A stretch of DNA of 15,214 nt from Candidatus Iainarchaeum sp. (GTDB taxonomy: Archaea > Iainarchaeota > Iainarchaeia > Iainarchaeales > 0-14-0-20-30-16): assembly GCA_903916665.1 (NCBI GenBank), contig CAIWXP010000146.1:1-15214 (forward strand). The letters run 5' to 3'. The notes beneath the pieces were generated by a model, which saw nothing but the letters and a program-made list of their open reading frames with translations, ran no database searches and had not been told where the DNA came from. How positions within the stretch are numbered: position 1 is the stretch's first letter; each line of letters begins with the position of its first letter. Positions 1-6,628 of this stretch are shown in pieces. A program made the translations under genes and the position numbers.

Positions 1-2
1 AA

Positions 3-3000
3 ATTGAAAGAAATAAAATTAGAGATGAACAAAGAAGACTGCAAGAAGATGCTAAAAAAAAAAATGAATTGGTAAAACAAAAAGTTAGAGCAGAGGACGC
101 AAAAAAATTAGCTGAAGAAAAAAGAAAAGCATTGGAAGAAGCTAGAAAAAAAGCCGATGCTGAATTAAGATTACAAAAAGCAAGAGAAGAAGAACAACTA
201 AAAATAAGACAATCAGAATTGCAAACAACATTAGACAAAAAGCCAAGATCAAAAGAAGAATTAAAACGAATAATAAAAGAATTAATTGAAGAAATAAAAA
301 ATGGTTTAGGTTCAGCAACAGTAAAAGAAACATTTAGTGAAGATGAAATTTCTAAATTAGCAAATTATTTTTATGAAATTGAAAAAAGAACCGGTGCTCA
401 AATTGATTTATCAAAAATATTTTATAGGAGTTCTGCAAAAAATATTTTAATATTATTAAATAATGGTTTAGAATATTTTTTACCTAATGCTGTTGAAAAA
501 GTTAATGAAGACACTAAATATTTTACCTGTCCAATAGTTGAATCAAGTAGAAAGTATTGTTTGATTTATGTGGTTAAGAATGGAGAAACTAAACCAGCTG
601 TATATTATACTTCGAATTCATCTGTAAGTTGGAGATTGGTTGCACAAAGAGGAACAGCAAATCCAGAACAATTTGATCCTAGTTATTTAAATAAATCAAA
701 TAGGGGAGAAGATGCCTTAGCATTACCTTGGGAATTACAAAAGAAATTAGATGCTCAGAAACCAGTTAATAAAATAATTAATATGAAATATATCTCTCCA
801 TTTTTGGGAGATATATATACCGAATCTCCAGATATAGAAAGAAAATTAATTAAAAGTAAAGATTTGAATAGCTGGGAAGATATTAAAGAAGTTGAAGATG
901 TTATTAATAGTAGTATTAAAGCAGGGCAAGCTAAAAGACCAATTATTGATATTAAGAAAATAGAAAACCAACCTAATTTTTCAAAAGTATTAGAAGTATG
1001 GAATATTCATTCTTCAATGTATGGAGACATGAAAAAAGTAAGTGTTGAAAGTAACGATGGTCAATTGGTTTGGATTTTTAATGTTACTAAATATGGTTCC
1101 TTTGTTAATACAATACAAACAAAAAAACATATTTTATCAAAATATGGTTTGGCAACGGTTCCTGAATTCTCAACAGAATATGATGATTTAATGATGACGA
1201 TGCCAGCTTTAGAGTATCACATACAACCATTGAGACAAATAGCATCTAGATTATTATTAGAAAGATTAGATACTCATTTTTATGGCACCCACAATAAACA
1301 ATTTGTTGATTTATTAGAAATACATGTAAAAGAAATTGTTGAAAATATGAGGCCCGAACATATTGTTGAATTAAAAAAATTAGGTGTTGGTTTAGGACTA
1401 ACAGATCCTGCATTAATAATAAAAAATTATGTTTTAAAATCGATTAAAAAAATGGCAGATGCAAAACAATCAAATGATAAAAATGGCTATGATAATGAAA
1501 GAAAAAAATGGGATAAATTTAAAGAAGATATTGAAAATGCATTGATAATTTCTTCAAAATCTGTTGGATCCTATATGCCAGTAACAAAAACATTATTATC
1601 TCATCCTTTTTTAGCAAGTATTCAAGATCCTTTGAATAGAATTGCAAATGTAGAAAAAATTACGCAAACTTCAAGAAATCCAATTGTTTCACCATTAAAA
1701 ACAGAAGTAAGAGAAAAAAGTATAGATATTTTTAGAATATTTAATAAATACGAAGGTACAGAAAATGGTTTTGTATTTAGTAGATATTTACAATTGTTAA
1801 ATGTAATTGGTAAAAGACAATCAGAAAGAACTTTTGGGGTAACTTCAGAATATATTGATATAGCAGATAAAGCTAATAAAGCAATAGAACAATTTGAAAA
1901 AAAAGAAATTAATGAAAAGTTTTTTAATCATGTTTTTGATGATTTAATTGATATTGCTAATAAACGAAAAAATAGTAATCTTCCAAAACCTAAGGCACCT
2001 GAACCACCTAGACAAAAACCAGGTGAGCCACGAGTAATAAAAGTAAATGTACCTACAGCTCCAAGAAAAAAATTATTAAAAGAAGTTGAGCCAATTGGTG
2101 AACAAGAAAGCGAACCAATAGGAACAAAATCAGATTTAAAAAGATATGTTGAAGAACCATTATTAGCAGCAGCAGAATTATTCTATGATTTAAATATTTC
2201 AACAGTTACAGGTTCTGCAAATAAAAAACATGTTAAAGGATTTAATGTTTATTTAGGAATTGACGGAAGTAAATTAACTCCTGAGAATTTAGCAATTGCA
2301 AAAAGATTGGGTGCATTAAATGGTGGACCACACGCATTGGATAAAGATAAATTAGTATTTAGTATTCCTGTAACCGGAGAAGAAACAGTCGAAGAAATTA
2401 GCAATAAATTTTTAGTAATAGCAAAACAATTTAAAAAACAAGAACTTTCAAAGCCAACACCAAAAAAAGGACCCGAATCTCCAAAACCAAAAGCGCCAGA
2501 ACCACCAAAACCTAATGGTTCAAAAGGACCAGGCCCTATACTGCCAGGCGAACCTAGAGTTATTTTAAATGGTCCAAGAGTAAAATTAACGGGACCAGAT
2601 GCAGCAATAGTTGATTTAGGAAGAATGGATGGTGTTAGTCAAAAAGGTCCAACACGATTAAATGATGAAGATTGGACAACTAGGCCAACAAATTCAAAAG
2701 AATTAAGTCTTTTAGAATTAGAAATTTTAGAAAATTTAAAAAATAGGGCAAGAAAAAAATATGGTGAATTTGGGGATAATTTAGTTTCTGAAATTGCGAA
2801 AAAATCAAAATTAAATATATTAAAGAATGGTGGCGAAGAATTAACAAAAAATGAATTGCAATATTTAGAACGAGAATACAATGAAAGAATACAAGCCTAT
2901 GAACTATTAAAATCATTAAATAATTATGGTTTGGGCGAATATTTTAGCATTGGTGATGCACAAAGAATAATATTTAATATGGTTAAATTTGGATTATTTA

Positions 3001-4028
3001 AAGATGGTTCAGAACTAAAAAGTGTAACTCAAAAAGAAGGCAAAACAGTTTTAACATTATTTCCTGAAATGAAATTAAATTTACCCTTTGATAAAAAAAC
3101 AATTTATTTAGTTTTAGATGATCATTCAATTTTAGAATTAACCCCAAGATTTGCATCGGGTGCTAATTTTTTAGGATTTGCAAGAAAGAAATATTCTAGT
3201 GAAATTTCAAAAGACAATCCAAAAGTAATGGGATTTGTTTTTGTTGATAAAGATGCACATGGTTTTGGTTATCAAAGCTATAGTTTAGAAGAACCAAAAA
3301 AAGAACCAGTATTTGAGCATCCAAAAATAAATTCACAAACAAATGAAAGATTAGTAACTGCAATTAAAAGTGATAATATTGATGCAATTGGAAAACTTTT
3401 CGAACAAAAAGTAGATTCAGGAGAAGTATTGGGTATGCTATTTGTTTTAGAACATGGTTTAGCAGAAATTGATTTCCCTAGTAGAGGAGGATTTGCTGCT
3501 GCAAAAGCTAATTTTCCAGATAAATTTAAACAATTGGGGGAATTTTTAAAACAAATGTTAAAATGGAATTTGACAGCTCAAGAAATTGTAAAAATAAAAC
3601 AAATATTAACAAATCATTTTGATTGGAAAGAAACTAAACCTGCTCAACCAAGGCCTCCCACACCACCTAAGGAAGGACCACAAAGAATTAGAGTAGCGCC
3701 AGGAAATATTGTAGATGAAGAAGTTGAACAATTGGACATTCCTAGAACCCATTCTCCAATGCCAATTAGTGAAACTAGTTTATCTGGTCAAATATTAAGA
3801 AAATATTTAGAATTAAAATTTTATGGATTAAATACAACAAATAGCAATAATTTTGTTATTGCCTGTGAAATAAGATTTATTCATTTAGCTTTTAAAGAGG
3901 GTTTAATTAACGAACAAAAACTATTAGAAGATTGGGATAGATTATTAAAATTAGCAGTTCAAAGAAAAGTAGTTAAAACAGACAGCGCACCAATTATTTC
4001 AAAACCAGTACAAAAAGTAAATGTATAG
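3..4028 (+). CDS. Giant hypothetical protein, 5'-truncated by the window edge (1341 codons visible). It has a K/E/R-rich helical N-terminal part, three proline-rich spacers and several globular modules. No recognisable enzymatic motif.
   Basis: The frame is stop-free from nt 3 to TAG at 4026-4028. The ORF-track start at 69 is a TTG. There is no in-frame ATG and no SD-like motif in 3-68. The 22 upstream codons (IERNKIRDEQRRLQEDAKKKNE) continue the same charged-helix composition. A 4-kb open frame in ~30% GC DNA, where stop codons are AT-rich, cannot be chance. Confidence 0.85.
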   Translation: MERNKIRDEQRRLQEDAKKKNELVKQKVRAEDAKKLAEEKRKALEEARKKADAELRLQKAREEEQLKIRQSELQTTLDKKPRSKEELKRIIKELIEEIKNGLGSATVKETFSEDEISKLANYFYEIEKRTGAQIDLSKIFYRSSAKNILILLNNGLEYFLPNAVEKVNEDTKYFTCPIVESSRKYCLIYVVKNGETKPAVYYTSNSSVSWRLVAQRGTANPEQFDPSYLNKSNRGEDALALPWELQKKLDAQKPVNKIINMKYISPFLGDIYTESPDIERKLIKSKDLNSWEDIKEVEDVINSSIKAGQAKRPIIDIKKIENQPNFSKVLEVWNIHSSMYGDMKKVSVESNDGQLVWIFNVTKYGSFVNTIQTKKHILSKYGLATVPEFSTEYDDLMMTMPALEYHIQPLRQIASRLLLERLDTHFYGTHNKQFVDLLEIHVKEIVENMRPEHIVELKKLGVGLGLTDPALIIKNYVLKSIKKMADAKQSNDKNGYDNERKKWDKFKEDIENALIISSKSVGSYMPVTKTLLSHPFLASIQDPLNRIANVEKITQTSRNPIVSPLKTEVREKSIDIFRIFNKYEGTENGFVFSRYLQLLNVIGKRQSERTFGVTSEYIDIADKANKAIEQFEKKEINEKFFNHVFDDLIDIANKRKNSNLPKPKAPEPPRQKPGEPRVIKVNVPTAPRKKLLKEVEPIGEQESEPIGTKSDLKRYVEEPLLAAAELFYDLNISTVTGSANKKHVKGFNVYLGIDGSKLTPENLAIAKRLGALNGGPHALDKDKLVFSIPVTGEETVEEISNKFLVIAKQFKKQELSKPTPKKGPESPKPKAPEPPKPNGSKGPGPILPGEPRVILNGPRVKLTGPDAAIVDLGRMDGVSQKGPTRLNDEDWTTRPTNSKELSLLELEILENLKNRARKKYGEFGDNLVSEIAKKSKLNILKNGGEELTKNELQYLEREYNERIQAYELLKSLNNYGLGEYFSIGDAQRIIFNMVKFGLFKDGSELKSVTQKEGKTVLTLFPEMKLNLPFDKKTIYLVLDDHSILELTPRFASGANFLGFARKKYSSEISKDNPKVMGFVFVDKDAHGFGYQSYSLEEPKKEPVFEHPKINSQTNERLVTAIKSDNIDAIGKLFEQKVDSGEVLGMLFVLEHGLAEIDFPSRGGFAAAKANFPDKFKQLGEFLKQMLKWNLTAQEIVKIKQILTNHFDWKETKPAQPRPPTPPKEGPQRIRVAPGNIVDEEVEQLDIPRTHSPMPISETSLSGQILRKYLELKFYGLNTTNSNNFVIACEIRFIHLAFKEGLINEQKLLEDWDRLLKLAVQRKVVKTDSAPIISKPVQKVNV
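1983..2072 (+). repeat. Proline-rich spacer copy 1 in giant protein 1 (PKPKAPEPPRQKPGEPRVIKVNVPTAPRKK)
   Basis: It shares KPKAPEPP and PGEPRVI with copy 2 at 2451-2597. The DNA differs at synonymous positions (cct aag gca cct gaa cca cct vs cca aaa gcg cca gaa cca cca). Confidence 0.7.
2451..2597 (+). repeat. Proline-rich spacer copy 2 in giant protein 1 (KPTPKKGPESPKPKAPEPPKPNGSKGPGPILPGEPRVILNGPRVKLTGP)
   Basis: Same KPKAPEPP...PGEPRVI motif order as copy 1. A third, more diverged spacer (KPAQPRPPTPPKEGPQRIRVAPG) lies at 3636-3704. Confidence 0.7.
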
Positions 4029-4035
4029 TTTACTA

Positions 4036-4064
4036 TTTTTCATTTTACATTTTTATCTCTTTTT
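4036..4064 (+). terminator. Cluster of oligo-T tracts downstream of giant gene 1 (candidate archaeal-type terminator)
   Basis: Four T4-T5 runs (4036-4040, 4043-4046, 4050-4054, 4060-4064) lie within 40 nt of the TAG stop. Archaeal RNA polymerase is known to terminate at oligo-T. The AT-rich background weakens specificity. Confidence 0.4.
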
Positions 4065-4146
4065 CATTATTGTTATTTAATGATATATATTTAAATATAC
4101 TCAATCATATATTTGTTATATATAAGTAATGAGTATAATTTTACAA

Positions 4147-4155
4147 TTTATATAT
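4147..4155 (+). promoter_or_regulatory. TATA-box-like element (TTTATATAT) upstream of valS
   Basis: It resembles the archaeal TTTAWATA consensus and is centred about 30 nt upstream of the ATG at 4182. That spacing would give a leaderless or near-leaderless valS mRNA. An exact TTTAAATA also occurs at 4090-4097. AT-rich intergenic DNA gives many TATA-like strings. Confidence 0.35.
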
Positions 4156-4181
4156 TATAATTATGTTTAAAAGTGATACTA

Positions 4182-6626
4182 ATGGAAACTAATGTTAATA
4201 CTGAAAAATCTATTGAAAAAAAGCAAGAAATTAATCAAAAACCTGCTGAGCCAAAAAAAGATTATAAAGAAACTGAAAAAGAAATTTGGGATTTCTGGCA
4301 AAAGGAGCTGGTATACAAATACGATCCAAAATCAACTAAACCTATTTTTAGTATTGATACTCCTCCTCCAACAGTTTCCGGAAAAATGCACCTGGGTCAT
4401 GCCTATTCCTATGTGTTACCAGATTTTATTGCTCGTTATAAAAGAAAAAAAGGATTTAATGTTTTTTATCCTTTTGGCTTAGATGATAATGGCATTCCAA
4501 CTGAGATATTGGTAGAAAAATTAGCAAATGTAAGAGCAAAAGAAGTAGGAAAAAGTAAATTTATTGAATTGTGTTTAAAACATACAAAAGAATCCGAAGA
4601 AGAATTATATGCTGATTTTAAAAGTTTAGGAATATCCTGTGATTGGAATTTATTATATAGAACCATATCCCCAGAAGTAGTTAAGGTTGCGCAATATTCA
4701 TTTTTAGATTTACATAAAAAAGGAAAAATATATAGAGAAAAGGGACCAATATTATGGTGCACTAAATGTCAAACTGCCATATCACAAGCAGAATTAGAAG
4801 ATCATAATAAAGATACTTATTTTAATGATTTAATTTTCAAATTAGATAATGGGGAAAATATAATTATTGCAACCACTAGACCTGAATTTTTAGCTGCCTG
4901 TGTTGCAATATTTGTTCATCCTGAAGATGAAAAAAATAAACATTTAGTTGGTAAATACGCAACTGTACCTTTATTTAATTTCAAAGTAAAAATATTGGCC
5001 GATAAAAGAGTTGCTCAGGACAAAGGAACTGGTATTGTAATGTGCTGTACCTTTGGTGATCAAACCGATATGGAATGGTATAAAAGTTATAAATTAGAAT
5101 TAAAAGAAGCTATTTCAATTGATGGCCGAATGACTAGTATTTGTGGAAAATATGCAGGAATGAAAATTGAAGAAGCAAGAAAAGAAATTATTGAAGAATT
5201 AAAACAACAACATTTAATTGTTGAACAAAAGAAAATTTCACACGCAGTTAATTGCCATGAAAGATGCTCTACTCCTGTGGAAATTATTGTTGAATCACAA
5301 TGGTACATTGATTACATGAACGACAAAAAATTATTTATTGAAGAAGCAAATAAAATTGATTGGAAACCAAAACATATGAAAGTGAGATATGATAATTGGG
5401 TAAATAATTTACAATGGAATTGGTGTATCTCAAGACAAAGATACTATGGTGTTCCTTTTCCTGTTTGGTTTTGTAAAAAATGTGGTAAAACTATTTTTGC
5501 AGAAGAAAAAGATCTACCAATCTATCCTGAAGAAACTATGCCAAAGCAAAAATGTTCCTGCGGTTCCGAATCTTTTATTGCAGAATCATCGGTAATGGAT
5601 ACTTGGTCAATTAGTGCATTAACTCCTTTGATAAATTTAGGTTGGCCAAAAAAGAATATTGATGGCACATTACCTATGAGCATGAGACCTCAGGGTCAAG
5701 ATATTATTACATTGTGGGCATTTAATACCGTTGTAAAAAGTTTATATCACACAGGAAAAATTCCTTGGAATACATTAATGATTAACGGCTATGTTTTAGA
5801 TCCTAAAGGAGAAAAAATGTCTAAGAGCAAAGGTAATGTAATTGGGCCACAAGAAACTTTAACAAAATGGGGCAAAGATCCATTTAGATATTGGAGTGCT
5901 CAAATGACATTGGGAAATGATATTGCCTATTCCGAAAAAGAAATGCAAGCTGGACAAAAATTAATTATTAAATTGGATAATGCAATGAAATTTGTAGATA
6001 TCATGTTACAAAATTATAGCACCATACCAAAATTAAAAGAAATAAAAAAATTAAATGCAACTGATGCATGGATTTTAGCAAAATTAAATAAAATCATAAA
6101 AGAAAATACTGAAGATTTAGAAAAATTTGATTATACACATGCTATTCAAAGAATTAGAGATTTTTTCTTTATTGATTTTTGTGATAATTATATGGAATTT
6201 GTAAAATATAGAGTTTACGGAAATGACGAGGAATCAAAAAAAGCATTGGCCTATACTTTGTTTAATGTTTCATTTCAAATTGTAAATCAATTAAGTATCT
6301 TTATGCCTTTTATTTGTGAAGATGTTTATTTGAAATATTTCAAAAAGCATATAAATACAAAAAGTATAACATCATGCGATTGGCCAAATTCGGAAAATTA
6401 TTTAGAAGAAGATTTAACTAATGGAGAATTATTAAAAGAAATTGTTGGGCAAGTAAGGAAATATAAGAGCCAAAAAGCAATGTCTATGAAACAAGAATTA
6501 GCCAATGTTATAATAAGTTCACCCAAATCTTTACATATTGATTTAAAAAGTGAATTATTATATATAATGTTTATAAAGAAAGTAAATATAATTGAGGGGC
6601 AAGATATAACAATCTTGGAGGAATAA
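4182..6626 (+). CDS. valS: Valyl-tRNA synthetase (class Ia aminoacyl-tRNA synthetase, archaeal type, about 814 aa)
   Basis: PPPTVSGKMHLGHAYSY carries the HIGH-type motif HLGH at 4389-4400. The KMSKS motif lies at 5814-5828 (GEKMSKSKGN). CP1 editing-domain motifs TTRPEF and GTGIVMCCTFGDQTD are present, as is WCISRQRYYGVPFPVWFC. There are Cys pairs (CTKC, CKKCGK, CSCGS). The track start at 4173 is GTG; the ATG at 4182 (METNVNTEK...) fits the TATA spacing better. Stop TAA at 6624-6626. Confidence 0.9.
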   Translation: METNVNTEKSIEKKQEINQKPAEPKKDYKETEKEIWDFWQKELVYKYDPKSTKPIFSIDTPPPTVSGKMHLGHAYSYVLPDFIARYKRKKGFNVFYPFGLDDNGIPTEILVEKLANVRAKEVGKSKFIELCLKHTKESEEELYADFKSLGISCDWNLLYRTISPEVVKVAQYSFLDLHKKGKIYREKGPILWCTKCQTAISQAELEDHNKDTYFNDLIFKLDNGENIIIATTRPEFLAACVAIFVHPEDEKNKHLVGKYATVPLFNFKVKILADKRVAQDKGTGIVMCCTFGDQTDMEWYKSYKLELKEAISIDGRMTSICGKYAGMKIEEARKEIIEELKQQHLIVEQKKISHAVNCHERCSTPVEIIVESQWYIDYMNDKKLFIEEANKIDWKPKHMKVRYDNWVNNLQWNWCISRQRYYGVPFPVWFCKKCGKTIFAEEKDLPIYPEETMPKQKCSCGSESFIAESSVMDTWSISALTPLINLGWPKKNIDGTLPMSMRPQGQDIITLWAFNTVVKSLYHTGKIPWNTLMINGYVLDPKGEKMSKSKGNVIGPQETLTKWGKDPFRYWSAQMTLGNDIAYSEKEMQAGQKLIIKLDNAMKFVDIMLQNYSTIPKLKEIKKLNATDAWILAKLNKIIKENTEDLEKFDYTHAIQRIRDFFFIDFCDNYMEFVKYRVYGNDEESKKALAYTLFNVSFQIVNQLSIFMPFICEDVYLKYFKKHINTKSITSCDWPNSENYLEEDLTNGELLKEIVGQVRKYKSQKAMSMKQELANVIISSPKSLHIDLKSELLYIMFIKKVNIIEGQDITILEE
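6617..6621 (+). promoter_or_regulatory. Shine-Dalgarno-like GGAGG for the 2009-aa gene, embedded in the last codons of valS
   Basis: The sequence reads ttGGAGGaataattATG: GGAGG at 6617-6621, a 7-nt spacer, then ATG at 6629. The valS stop TAA at 6624-6626 lies between the SD and the ATG. Confidence 0.6.
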
Positions 6627-6628
6627 TT

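Noticed and set aside
69-71. TTG at 69 as the true start of giant gene 1 (the ORF-track start)
   Set aside because: The frame is open back to nt 3. No SD-like or promoter-like sequence precedes 69; it is preceded by an A11 run inside the same charged-helix coding context. The first in-frame ATG is hundreds of codons downstream. The gene almost certainly begins upstream of the window.
142-333. 63-aa minus-strand ORF (MFLLLLLNLNHFLF...)
   Set aside because: It lies antisense to the GAA/AAA-rich part of giant gene 1. The Leu/Phe-only composition is the mirror image of K/E codons, and it is fully embedded in a far longer ORF.
2058-2093. APRKKLLKEVEP after a proline-rich stretch as a WH2/actin-binding-like motif (the formin/WASP-style arrangement)
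   Set aside because: Only the LLKEV core loosely matches the LKKV-type ending, and the preceding amphipathic helix is absent. It is far too short to support the call.
2639-2916. Two overlapping minus-strand ORFs (80 aa and 78 aa)
   Set aside because: They are embedded antisense in giant gene 1, have a low-complexity F/L/I/S composition, and have no start context.
4086-4099. Perfect 14-nt palindrome tatatttaaatata as a regulator-binding operator
   Set aside because: A/T-only palindromes of this length are expected in an intergenic region that is nearly pure A+T. It is more simply a TATA-like element, and no second copy was seen.
4173-4175. GTG at 4173 as the valS start
   Set aside because: An ATG follows 3 codons later, and the TATA-like box spacing and possible GTGAT ribosome-binding site fit it better. 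The difference is only 3 residues and remains unproven.
4192-4482. 96-aa plus-strand ORF out of frame with valS
   Set aside because: It overlaps the conserved HIGH-motif region of ValRS in another frame and has a K/L-rich low-complexity translation.
4466-4762. 98-aa minus-strand ORF inside valS
   Set aside because: It lies antisense to strongly conserved ValRS catalytic-core sequence, and nothing supports it independently.
5087-5308. 73-aa minus-strand ORF inside valS
   Set aside because: It lies antisense to the ValRS editing/connective region, and nothing supports it independently.
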